From NCBI GenBank assembly GCA_040757695.1, contig JBFLWK010000001.1, positions 89,758-153,757 of the forward strand: a stretch of 64,000 bases of DNA. The letters are read 5' to 3'. How positions within the stretch are numbered: position 1 is the stretch's first letter; each line of letters opens with the position of its first letter. Source of the DNA: Elusimicrobiota bacterium (GTDB lineage Bacteria > Elusimicrobiota > UBA8919). A model generated the notes under the pieces. The model saw nothing but the letters and a program-made list of their open reading frames with translations. It made no database searches and was not told where the DNA came from. The translations under genes were made by a program, and so were the position numbers. Below are positions 8,078-16,582 of this stretch, piece by piece.

Positions 8078-8854
8078 TTAAAGAATGTAATGGACTTTAC
8101 CTTCAAAAAAGGCAGTTCTGCCATTGTAATATATTTTTAACGTTTCACCGCCTTGAGTAAGCACATTGACCGGTGAACAGACATATTTTTTTAGGATAGA
8201 AATTATTGCTGAGGCAACGACACCTGTTCCACAGGCGAGTGTCTCGGCTTCCACACCGCGTTCATATGTTCTGATTTGCAATTTATTTCTGCTTAAAACT
8301 TTTACGAAATTAACATTTGTGCCTGATGGCTGAAATCTCTTGTGCCATCTGATAGCCCTGCCTAAATGTTCAACATCAACATTTTTAATATCTTTAACAA
8401 AAATTACTGTATGTGGCACGCCAGTATCGGCAAAAGATGCTTCAAACTTTTTGCCGGCTATTTTTAGCAAAAAATCTAACCCAAAATTTTTGGGTTCAGG
8501 CATCTTTATTTTTACAACTGATTTTTTTTTTACTTCGGCATTAATCAAACCAGCATCCGATTCAAAAACCATTTTTGCTGAAGAAATTTTATTAAGGTAT
8601 GCAAAAAGTGCTATACATCTGGCACCATTACCGCAAAAAGCAGCGTGACTACCATCAGAATTGTAATAAACCATTCTGAAATCAGTATTTCGGCGCAAAG
8701 ATTTTTCAACAAGCAAAAGCCCGTCTATATCTTCTCTGCGGCAGTATTTTTTTGCGAATACCGACGGATTGCTTACAAGTGGTTTTCTGTTATCAATCAC
8801 AATAAAATTATTACCGCTACCCGACATTTTTGTAAGATTCAAACTTTTTTTCAT
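8078..8854 (-). CDS. dapF: Diaminopimelate epimerase
   Basis: MSGSGNNFIVIDNR at the N-terminus; catalytic cysteines in FCGNGARC and LACGTG; 258 aa. Confidence 0.9.
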   Translation of the reverse strand: MKKSLNLTKMSGSGNNFIVIDNRKPLVSNPSVFAKKYCRREDIDGLLLVEKSLRRNTDFRMVYYNSDGSHAAFCGNGARCIALFAYLNKISSAKMVFESDAGLINAEVKKKSVVKIKMPEPKNFGLDFLLKIAGKKFEASFADTGVPHTVIFVKDIKNVDVEHLGRAIRWHKRFQPSGTNVNFVKVLSRNKLQIRTYERGVEAETLACGTGVVASAIISILKKYVCSPVNVLTQGGETLKIYYNGRTAFFEGKVHYIL

Positions 8855-8865
8855 ATTTGTCGTCT

Positions 8866-8890
8866 AAAAATGTAAGCATTTGCTTACATT
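8866..8890. repeat. Palindrome AATGTAAGCATTTGCTTACATT (copy 2) in the lysA–dapF junction, overlapping the lysA stop
   Basis: Exact match to copies 1 and 3. On the transcribed strand the hairpin is followed by TTTTTAGACG, so it could act as an attenuator/terminator or an operator. Confidence 0.8.
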
Positions 8891-10095
8891 CCAATTTTAT
8901 CGCGTTTTCTTAATACCTCCCACTTTTTTTCTTCAGCCAGTACTTCTACAAGATGGGGTCGCAGGTTATAATTTGACGACATTGAATACCCGTAGGCACC
9001 AGCGCATAAGATAGCAAGAAAATCATTTTCTAAAACCGGCGGTATTGTTCTATCTTTTGCAAAAATATCCGACGATTCGCAAACAGGTCCTACAATATCC
9101 CATTTATGTGTTGTCCCTTCTCTTCTTACAATCGGGATTATTTCGTGATATGCATTATACATCGCAGGACGGAGTAAATCATTCATTCCAGCATCAACTA
9201 TTAAAAAATTCTTTTTTGCTGTTTTTTTGATATAAATTATTCTTGTCACTAATATGCCGGATTCACCGACAATAAATCTGCCCGGTTCTAAAATAACGGT
9301 ACGCTTTGGGGGTAGGTTTGACATAATCGCATCTGCATAGTCCGTTGGATTGATTATTTTCTCATCCTTATATTTTATTCCAAGCCCACCACCCATATCA
9401 ATATATTTCAGTTTTATTCCGTCTTCTGAAAGTTTTTTAATATAGCATCCTACTTTTCGGGAGGCAAGCACAAACGAGTCTAAATCAGTTATTTGGGAAC
9501 CAATATGAATATGAAGTCCGACGATACTGATATTTTTAAGCGATTTTGCTAAAATATAGCCCTCTTTTGCTTCTTCAAATGAAAGTCCAAACTTGTTATG
9601 TAAAAGCCCTGTTGTAATATGCGGATGTGTTCTGGGATTTATATCCGGATTCACTCTGAACGAGATTCTCGCAATTCTGCCGACTGATTTTGCAATTTTG
9701 TTAATTTTGTATAATTCCGGAATAGATTCAACATTAAACATTAAAATATCCTGTTTGATTGCTTCTTTAATTTCATCATCTCTCTTCCCGACACCAGCAA
9801 ACACTATTTTTTGACAACTGATACCACATGATATTGCAAGTTTTAACTCGCCAGATGAAACAATATCACAACCACACCCGTTTTTAGCAAGAATTTTTAA
9901 TAGTTTCGGATTAGCGTTCGCCTTGACTGCATAGCATATAATATGTTTTGTTTTTGAGAATGCGATATCAAGCAGTTTATAATTTTCCAGAATTTTATTT
10001 TTGCTGTAAATATAAACTGGAGTGCCAACTTTATTTGCAATCTCTAAAACTGAAACACCATCCATCAATAACAAACCGTTTTCATACTTTAGCAT
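8884..10095 (-). CDS. lysA: Diaminopimelate decarboxylase
   Basis: PLP-fold motifs YAVKANANPKLLKILA, HIHIGSQ, EPGRFIVGESG, CESSD; 403 aa. Confidence 0.9.
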   Translation of the reverse strand: MLKYENGLLLMDGVSVLEIANKVGTPVYIYSKNKILENYKLLDIAFSKTKHIICYAVKANANPKLLKILAKNGCGCDIVSSGELKLAISCGISCQKIVFAGVGKRDDEIKEAIKQDILMFNVESIPELYKINKIAKSVGRIARISFRVNPDINPRTHPHITTGLLHNKFGLSFEEAKEGYILAKSLKNISIVGLHIHIGSQITDLDSFVLASRKVGCYIKKLSEDGIKLKYIDMGGGLGIKYKDEKIINPTDYADAIMSNLPPKRTVILEPGRFIVGESGILVTRIIYIKKTAKKNFLIVDAGMNDLLRPAMYNAYHEIIPIVRREGTTHKWDIVGPVCESSDIFAKDRTIPPVLENDFLAILCAGAYGYSMSSNYNLRPHLVEVLAEEKKWEVLRKRDKIGM

Positions 10096-10139
10096 ATTTA
10101 TCCTTTTTAAGTTAGTCAGGGCTTCGCCCTGAAACCTGT

Positions 10140-10285
10140 TTTTGACTAGATTAACAGGATTTTATTTTTTGCTACTGAATTTCACTGAAATATTTTCAAA
10201 TCTAAATTCTGTGTATTTCTGTGTGATTCTGTGGCTTGTGTATTTCTGTGGCTGTCTTTTTATCCTGTAAATCCTGTCAGAATCT
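10140..10285. promoter_or_regulatory. Second occurrence of the ATCCTGTAAATCCTGTCAGAA motif (plus ttgactagattaacaggatt) in the lysA 5' region
   Basis: ...ctttttatcctgtaaatcctgtcagaatcttttt...; 19/19 identical to the 2262-2280 copy. Confidence 0.5.
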
Positions 10286-10462
10286 TTTTTTGCCGACTGA
10301 AGTCGGGTATAAATCTTTTTTTCAGTGTTTTCAGTGGTTCCGTGGTGAAAAGAACCAAAACGGTGATTAAAAATCACCGACTACAATTCATACGTTTTCA
10401 GCAAAATTGAACTGTTACCACTGATTAGCATGTTGGTTTTATCTGTGTAATAGAGAAATTTG

Positions 10463-11341
10463 TCATTCAATATATTTCTGTAAAGCAATTGCAAGTTTTT
10501 TAGAAAGCGTGTTTTCTTCGGTATTTAACAAAACTGCCAGATTTTTTTTAGCTTCTGCGATATTATTCTTTTTTAGATAAGTTAGTGCAACTAAAAAATG
10601 CGCATTCACCGCTGTAAAGTTAGAAATTGCGATATCTGGATTTTTTTTCATATTAATATATCCTTCTAAAATTCGGGAATCAAACGATGTAGTAAAAAAT
10701 GGTTCTGATTCAGCATATTTACCAGTTAAAACATTCAACTGTAAAATACTGTTTTTTATACTATCGGTTGGACATAGTGCCAGCGCCCTTTTGTATAAAT
10801 CAATAGCTTCGTTATCTCGCCCGGTATTTTTATAAATAACCGCAAGCCCGTTTAATGCTTCAATACTGCTGTTATCAAGTTGCAGTACTTTTTTATAGTA
10901 TTCTTCTGCCTTTTCGTATAGCAATTTTTTATAATAAACCGCACCCAGCCCGAGATAAATCCGTATATCTTTTGAGCCGTATTTTAATGCTTTATTATAT
11001 TCAAAAATCGCTTCATTATGCATATCAGCACCGCGATATGCCTCCCCTAATTTTAGAAGGACAACCGGGTTTTTTTTCTTAATTTTTTTGGCATCAGTAT
11101 AAAATGTAATTGCATAACTGTACTCGCCACGCATTAAATACTCATCACCTTTAGAGATATAGAATCTAATTTTTTCTTTTTTTGATTCTGCATATAAAAA
11201 GATGGAAAGATAGAAAGATAGAAAGATGGAAAGATAGAGAGATGGAAAGATAGAAAGATGGAAAGATAGAAAGGAAAATCTATTGCCCAACCACCTAGCC
11301 ATCTTACCATCTATCCATCTATTAGAATAGTATTTTTTCAT
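10463..11341 (-). CDS. TPR-repeat protein with a repeat-encoded hydrophobic N-terminus
   Basis: Several TPR-like segments (AITFYTDAKKI..., LYEKAEEYYKKVLQLD...). The N-terminal FSFLSFHLSIFPSLYLSIFLSFYLSIFLY is encoded by 8-nt tandem repeats (agatRgaa)n at ~11199-11275. Confidence 0.5.
   Translation of the reverse strand: MKKYYSNRWIDGKMARWLGNRFSFLSFHLSIFPSLYLSIFLSFYLSIFLYAESKKEKIRFYISKGDEYLMRGEYSYAITFYTDAKKIKKKNPVVLLKLGEAYRGADMHNEAIFEYNKALKYGSKDIRIYLGLGAVYYKKLLYEKAEEYYKKVLQLDNSSIEALNGLAVIYKNTGRDNEAIDLYKRALALCPTDSIKNSILQLNVLTGKYAESEPFFTTSFDSRILEGYINMKKNPDIAISNFTAVNAHFLVALTYLKKNNIAEAKKNLAVLLNTEENTLSKKLAIALQKYIE
11199..11275. repeat. Tandem octanucleotide repeats (AGATAGAA/AGATGGAA, ~9 units) inside the 5' coding end of the TPR gene
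   Basis: Read directly from the sequence. The unit length is not a multiple of 3 and gives an 8-aa periodic hydrophobic peptide. Confidence 0.8.
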
Positions 11342-12294
11342 TTTAGAAATACTATTTTATCAATAAACTTTTCAAGTATTTTATCTTTGATAGCATTCGC
11401 CTTACTTCTTGTGGCAACAAGCCCTGCCTCTATACATTCTGCTGACCTGTCAAGTTCTATCATACTCACATTTTTTATATTCGGTATTATTACAAAATCG
11501 GCATTTTTTATCTGATTAGATACCAGGAATCCAGCTTGAATATTTATCGCCTGAATGAGTGTTTTCATAACATTATCTATATTAAATAATGAATAATCTA
11601 CCTGTGGCCAGACAGCAATTACAAAATCGGCAGCCATTACTTTTGCGATATCAATCGGTAGATTATCAACCAACCCGCCGTCTACAAGCAGCCGATGTCG
11701 GTATTCAACCGGCTTAAAGAGACCCGGGATTATTGCAGAAGCACGCATTGCAAATGCTGCCTCGCCTTCCTTAAAAACGATTCGTTCACCAGTTTTTATA
11801 TCACAGGCGATACAGGCAAACGAAATTTTTAACTCGTCAAACCTTTTTTGCCTGATATGTTTTTCCAGATATTTTTCAAGTTTTTCTGTGCTTAACAGCG
11901 ATTCCGCAGTAATAAGTGTTAGCAGTTTAGTTGCTGAAAGATTTGATATTTTATTCCAGCCAATATCAGTCCCTATCCGTTCTATATCAGTTATCGCCAT
12001 ACCTGTCGCATAGAGCCCGCCAACAAGCGCACCGGCACTGGTACCAACAATAATATCAGTCGGTATATTATTTTCTTGAAGCACCTTTAAGACGCCGATA
12101 TGACTCAGACCTCGTGCGCCGCCACCACCTAATACTACCGCGATTTTAGGCCGCTTAGAGTTCAATGCTAAAAAATCTTTCCATAATAAATCTCTTAATA
12201 AATTATCAGATTGAGCATAAAGGCAGGTAAAAGGTAAAAGGTAAAAGGTAAAAAGTAAAAGGTAAAATCTCAAACTGCGAAGAACAGGATACAT
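11338..12294 (-). CDS. Patatin-like phospholipase
   Basis: GGGARG oxyanion motif, GTSAGA (GxSxG nucleophile elbow), DGGLVDN (catalytic Asp). The signal peptide RFYLLLFTFYLLPFTCLYAQ is encoded by heptamer repeats. Confidence 0.8.
   Translation of the reverse strand: MYPVLRSLRFYLLLFTFYLLPFTCLYAQSDNLLRDLLWKDFLALNSKRPKIAVVLGGGGARGLSHIGVLKVLQENNIPTDIIVGTSAGALVGGLYATGMAITDIERIGTDIGWNKISNLSATKLLTLITAESLLSTEKLEKYLEKHIRQKRFDELKISFACIACDIKTGERIVFKEGEAAFAMRASAIIPGLFKPVEYRHRLLVDGGLVDNLPIDIAKVMAADFVIAVWPQVDYSLFNIDNVMKTLIQAINIQAGFLVSNQIKNADFVIIPNIKNVSMIELDRSAECIEAGLVATRSKANAIKDKILEKFIDKIVFLK
12226..12268. repeat. 6× GGTAAAA heptanucleotide tandem repeat (coding strand TTTTACC) encoding FYLLPFT in the signal peptide of the patatin gene
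   Basis: ggtaaaaggtaaaaggtaaaaggtaaaaagtaaaaggtaaaa. The 7-nt unit is in frame only in multiples of three units. Confidence 0.85.
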
Positions 12295-12297
12295 TTT

Positions 12298-13593
12298 TTA
12301 TTCAATAATTTTGCCGATACTGGTTTCTAAATTGATTTTTGCGATTATAACATCTTTCAATGCATCAATATATTCAAGTTGGATATTCATCGCTGTCTCT
12401 AACATTTCAATAAACTCAAGATATGTAAGTTCTTTTAATACCTCATCTGTTACAGTTGTAGCAAGTTGTTCTTTTTCGTTAGTTTTTTGTTCAAACTTTT
12501 TAACTGCAAACTCGTAATCAACAAAACATTTTCTTACCTCGGCCTGGATTGAGTCGGTAATACTTGCTCGGTTAATCTGTGTTTTTCTATATTGGTACTT
12601 TTTTTGTTTTATTCGGGCAAACTGACCAAAACCATCAAATATCGGTAGTGTAAAATTTATAGTTGCATTCCACGCTCTTTTTTCAAATGGCAACTGTCTA
12701 TCTTCAAGTTGATAGTTGCCACCGAGTGTAATTATAGGATACCTGCCGGATAATGATAGGTTTACTGAAAGCGCATCCATCTGTTCCTGAAGTTGCGTTT
12801 TTTTAAGTTCAGGCCGATATTCAAGCGCCCAGGCAATGCATTTATTGAGGTCTACCACAGCCTTTTTGTGCTCTAACTCGCCTTTGATTGTGAATATCGT
12901 ATTTAACTCTATCCCGATAGAATCAAGAAAATCAATTTCTGCCAGTTCCAGTTCTTTCTGGTTTTTGGTTTCTGCTGATTTTATTTTTTCAATTTTTTTT
13001 TCAGATATAAATCTGTCTTTAGGGTTTAAAGACTCATTTTTTCTATTTGATATTTTTTCAATAGTTGCTTTATAAATCTCAACTTTTTTCTGGATTGATA
13101 GAAGTGTATAGAAATTTTTTTTAGCCGATGAGCCTGTTTTGTTTTTGATTACCTCGTAATCACTTTCAGCCGATTTCAATTCTGTTTCTGCAAACTTCTT
13201 TGTAGCAGAAATTTTGGCACCACTCCATAATATCTGATAGAGCGAAATTTTGGCTGTATAATAATCTTCAATGTTATCAACCAGTGGCTCAATTTTTTGT
13301 GGCAGGATAGTGTTGCCCAAAATAGGCGAAATCAACAGCGGGCTTTCGGCTTTGAATTTGGAATAGTTGGCGTTGAACTCCAATTGCGGATACATTATTG
13401 ACCGCGCTTCTTTCAGCCGTTGTCTGGCAATCTCTATATCCTGTCGGGCGGATAGAAGTTGCTGGTTGTTTGAAATCGCAAGATTAACACTATCGTCAAC
13501 TGTTAAAACTCTTTCTACAAGTTGCTGGGAATAGAGACAGGTAAAAGGTAAAAGGTAAAAGGTAAAAGGTAAAAGGTAAAAAAATTTTTTCAT
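12298..13593 (-). CDS. TolC-like outer membrane efflux protein (OEP family)
   Basis: Signal peptide, then a TolC-type N-terminus LTVDDSVNLAISNNQQLLSARQDIEIARQRLKEARSIMYPQLEFNANYSK; two-repeat coiled-coil architecture; 431 aa. Confidence 0.65.
   Translation of the reverse strand: MKKFFYLLPFTFYLLPFTCLYSQQLVERVLTVDDSVNLAISNNQQLLSARQDIEIARQRLKEARSIMYPQLEFNANYSKFKAESPLLISPILGNTILPQKIEPLVDNIEDYYTAKISLYQILWSGAKISATKKFAETELKSAESDYEVIKNKTGSSAKKNFYTLLSIQKKVEIYKATIEKISNRKNESLNPKDRFISEKKIEKIKSAETKNQKELELAEIDFLDSIGIELNTIFTIKGELEHKKAVVDLNKCIAWALEYRPELKKTQLQEQMDALSVNLSLSGRYPIITLGGNYQLEDRQLPFEKRAWNATINFTLPIFDGFGQFARIKQKKYQYRKTQINRASITDSIQAEVRKCFVDYEFAVKKFEQKTNEKEQLATTVTDEVLKELTYLEFIEMLETAMNIQLEYIDALKDVIIAKINLETSIGKIIE
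13540..13581. repeat. 6× GGTAAAA heptanucleotide repeat encoding FYLLPFTFYLLPFT in the TolC-like signal peptide
   Basis: Near-identical ~50-nt cassette (acag + 6 units + aaaaattttttCAT) to those at 12226 and 20440. Confidence 0.85.
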
Positions 13594-14939
13594 AATCTTT
13601 TAAGTTGCTGTTTTACAGATGATAGCGATGTGCCGCCGTAGGATTTTCTTTTTTCAACAGATTTCCTGAAGTTTAACATATCAAAAACTGACCTGTCAAA
13701 TTTTTCAGAAAATTTTTTCCATTCTGTAATTGATAAGTCATCAAACTTTTTCTGGTTTTTTATACAATAATCCACAAGTTTAGCAACAATACTATGCGAT
13801 GTTCTAAACGGAAGCCCTTTGCAAACAAGATAATCAGCAATATCAGTCGCAAGAATAAAGCCATTCTTACAGGCAGAAAGCATTCTGTCAGGGTTAAGTT
13901 TCATTTCTGAAACCATTCCCGCACAAATATCAAGTATATTTTCTATTGTCTCAGCAGACGAAAAAAGCGGTTCCTTATCTTCCTGCATATCCCTGTTGTA
14001 AGATAACGGAAGCCCTTTCATAACGGTTAAAAACGAAATTAAATTACCGTAAATTCTGCCTGTTTTTGCTCTCACAAGTTCTGCAAAATCCGGGTTTTGT
14101 TTCTGCGGCATCACAGATGAACCTGTTGTAAATTTTGCTGAAAGTTTTATAAATCCAAACTGCTGTGAAGACCATATAACAATTTCTTCAGCAAGCCGTG
14201 AGCAATGCATTGACACTACTGCGCAATCAAACAAAAACTCAATTATGAAATCTCTATCAGCAACGGCATCCACAGAGTTTTCTGAAATTTTTGAGAATCC
14301 TAACTGGCTGGCAACAAAATTTCTGTCAATATTGAACTCTGTTCCTGCAAACGCTGCAGAACCTAACGGACAGATATCAATCCTTTTATAGCAGTCATAA
14401 AACCGTTCTTTATCCCGTTTTAACATCCACACATATGCGAGAAACCAGTGACTGAATAATACCGCCTGTGCATTTTGCAGATGTGTAAATCCGGGCATAA
14501 TTATATTTAAATTTTTTTGAGCAATTTTTTTGAGCATACTGATTGCCTTATCTATTTTTTCAATAATTATCTTTATCTCGTCTTTCAAATAAAGCCGTTC
14601 ATCAAGCGCCACCTGGTCATTTCTGCTTCTTGCAGTATGCATTTTGCCAGCAACATTACCGATTCTTTTTTTGAGTTCTACCTCTATTGAAGTATGAATA
14701 TCTTCATCAGTAAATCTTAATTTACCAGCATTGAAATCTTTCAAGATTGAGTTAAGCCCGTTGATAATTTTTGTGGCTTCTTTTTGTGTAACAATTTTGC
14801 ATTTAGCAAGCATTTTTACATGCGCAATGCTCCCTAAAATATCATACTTCGCAAGTTTTACATCGTAAGAAATTGATGAGACAAACTTTTTTAGTTCCAT
14901 AATACCTGTTAACAGCAAATTCCAAATTCTAAATTCCAA
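13590..14939 (-). CDS. argH: Argininosuccinate lyase
   Basis: Fumarate-lyase signature GSSVMPQKQNPD; SRNDQV; 449 aa; adjacent to argG. Confidence 0.85.
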   Translation of the reverse strand: MEFRIWNLLLTGIMELKKFVSSISYDVKLAKYDILGSIAHVKMLAKCKIVTQKEATKIINGLNSILKDFNAGKLRFTDEDIHTSIEVELKKRIGNVAGKMHTARSRNDQVALDERLYLKDEIKIIIEKIDKAISMLKKIAQKNLNIIMPGFTHLQNAQAVLFSHWFLAYVWMLKRDKERFYDCYKRIDICPLGSAAFAGTEFNIDRNFVASQLGFSKISENSVDAVADRDFIIEFLFDCAVVSMHCSRLAEEIVIWSSQQFGFIKLSAKFTTGSSVMPQKQNPDFAELVRAKTGRIYGNLISFLTVMKGLPLSYNRDMQEDKEPLFSSAETIENILDICAGMVSEMKLNPDRMLSACKNGFILATDIADYLVCKGLPFRTSHSIVAKLVDYCIKNQKKFDDLSITEWKKFSEKFDRSVFDMLNFRKSVEKRKSYGGTSLSSVKQQLKRL

Positions 14940-14971
14940 GTTGACCCGAACAAGTTCGCAACTCCAGTAGC

Positions 14972-15018
14972 CTACCCCTTAAGGGGTAGGCTACATTGGA
15001 ATCCTCAACTTGTTGAGG
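14972..15018. other. Two consecutive perfect hairpins in the argG–argH spacer (12-bp stem GTAGCCTACCCC/GGGGTAGGCTAC, then CCTCAAC/GTTGAGG)
   Basis: Read from the sequence. Neither has a strong U-tract on the transcribed strand, so this is an attenuator, RNA-processing element or REP-like element rather than a classic terminator. Confidence 0.6.
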
Positions 15019-15027
15019 ACAGCTTTT

Positions 15028-16242
15028 TTATTTTCCATTTCTCAAAATCGCTTCAACTTTCTGCGATAGTCCGAACAGATTTATAAAGCCCTCCGCATCT
15101 TTCTGGTTGTAGATATTTTTTTCTCCCCCCCCTTCAAATGTAGACAGTTTTTCCCAGTAAAGTGATTTTGGCGAACTTCTTCCTAAAACAATGCAATTAC
15201 CTTTGTAAAGTTTCAATTTTACAGAGCCACAAACATTTTTTTGTGTTTCGTTTATAAATCCGTCTATTGATTCCTTTAACCGCGAATGCCACAAGCCATA
15301 ATAAATCAGTTCTGAATATCTTTGTGCCAGAATCTCTTTGAAATGCGAGGTTTCTCTATCCAACACCAGCGATTCAATTTCTTTATGCACAGTATACAAA
15401 ATAACCGCCGCAGGACATTCATAAACACCTCGGGACTTCATACCAACCAGCCGGTTTTCAACGAGATCACATCTGCCAATACCATTTTTGCCACCGAGTT
15501 CATTTAACTTTTTGATTATTTTAACAGAGTCGTATTTTTGGTTGTTGATCTTTACCGGGACACCTTTTTCAAAATAGATATCTATGATTGTCGGTTTATT
15601 GGGTGCCCGTTCGGGTGAAACGGTCATTTGGAACATCCCCCCCTTTTTATCATCGGGTGCGTTTGCTGGATTTTCCAAAATACCACCTTCATATGAAATA
15701 TGCCATAGATTCGCATCGGATGAATACGGCTTCTCTGCAGTAACTGATACTGGTATCTTATGTTTTTTAGCGTATTGTAATTCATCCTGTCTTGATTTTA
15801 ATTCCCACTCCCGCCATGGGGCAATAATTTTTATAGACGGCAGCAACGCTTTGAATGTAAGTTCAAACCTTACCTGGTCGTTACCTTTACCTGTTGCACC
15901 GTGTGAAACTGCATCCGCCTTTTCTTTTTTTGCAATTTCTATAACCTTTTCAGCAATTAACGGTCTGGCAAGTGCTGTTGCTAAATAATACTTTCCTTCG
16001 TAAATCGCATTTGCTTTTAATGCCTGGAATATATACTTTTCTACAAATTCTTTTTTTGCGTCTATAATATATGCTTTTACAGCACCTGTTTGCAGCGCTT
16101 TTTTGTAAATTTTTGATAAATCCTCGTCGGGCTGACCTACATCAACAATACAGGCAACCACATCAGCATGATAATTTTCGTTCAGCCATTTTATCATCAC
16201 CGAAGTATCTAACCCACCTGAATATGCAAGAACAATTTTCAT
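15028..16242 (-). CDS. argG: Argininosuccinate synthase. The start is set at the internal Met (MKIVLAYSGGLDTSV); the track ORF extends to 16386.
   Basis: AYSGGLDTS PP-loop, YEGGILE and other ArgG blocks. The 48 codons upstream of MKIVL lack homology and overlap the toxin gene region. Confidence 0.9.
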   Translation of the reverse strand: MKIVLAYSGGLDTSVMIKWLNENYHADVVACIVDVGQPDEDLSKIYKKALQTGAVKAYIIDAKKEFVEKYIFQALKANAIYEGKYYLATALARPLIAEKVIEIAKKEKADAVSHGATGKGNDQVRFELTFKALLPSIKIIAPWREWELKSRQDELQYAKKHKIPVSVTAEKPYSSDANLWHISYEGGILENPANAPDDKKGGMFQMTVSPERAPNKPTIIDIYFEKGVPVKINNQKYDSVKIIKKLNELGGKNGIGRCDLVENRLVGMKSRGVYECPAAVILYTVHKEIESLVLDRETSHFKEILAQRYSELIYYGLWHSRLKESIDGFINETQKNVCGSVKLKLYKGNCIVLGRSSPKSLYWEKLSTFEGGGEKNIYNQKDAEGFINLFGLSQKVEAILRNGK

Positions 16243-16276
16243 AAAATCTCCATAAAAATAGTATTTTTTTAAAAAT

Positions 16277-16582
16277 TTACCTATACACTTCTTTGCGATG
16301 CTTAATTCTGTAAACAAATATACTCTTGGCAGTATCATCAATTCTGTAACAGCATCTGTAATTGCCGAACCGTATCCGATAAGCATCTTGCTGAGATAAA
16401 AGTTTATTGCAACCCCGTGGTCTAGAATCAGATTTTAATACAAGTAAACCTGCTTTTATTTTGGCGAGCGTTTTTTTATCTTTTATGTCGTCTAAATCCC
16501 GTTGTGCTGAAGGCAGAAGTAATACTTTATACTCCTCTTTTTGCAAAATAATCCTCCAACGGTGTAGCAGCAGATTCTTCAA
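16277..16582 (-). CDS. Type II toxin, RelE/ParE family
   Basis: Small basic protein. C-terminal ...AYRIRFGNYRCCYRIDDTAKSIFVYRIKHRKEVY matches the RelE/ParE core. It overlaps the upstream small ORF; the exact start is uncertain. Confidence 0.65.
   Translation of the reverse strand: MKNLLLHRWRIILQKEEYKVLLLPSAQRDLDDIKDKKTLAKIKAGLLVLKSDSRPRGCNKLLSQQDAYRIRFGNYRCCYRIDDTAKSIFVYRIKHRKEVYR

Noticed and set aside
10162-10377. 71-aa basic ORF in the lysA leader
   Set aside because: It lies wholly within a non-coding region made of repeats and hairpins (ctgtgtatttctgtg..., ccgactgaagtcgg). It has no start context or homology and is probably spurious.
10096-10462. Lysine riboswitch (L-box) expected upstream of lysA
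   Set aside because: I could not see the conserved L-box helices or core nucleotides. The leader instead contains the ATCCTGT direct-repeat motif and simple hairpins.
11190-13581. Possible CRISPR array (regularly spaced short repeats)
   Set aside because: The repeats are 7-8 nt units in direct tandem with no spacers, and lie inside the 5' ends of protein-coding genes. They are not 24-40-nt repeats with unique spacers, and there are no cas genes.
16243-16386. N-terminal 48-codon extension of argG in the ORF track
   Set aside because: The ArgG homology starts at MKIVLAYSGGLDT (ATG at 16240-16242). The upstream codons overlap the RelE-like gene's 3' end and have no similarity, so I shortened the call.
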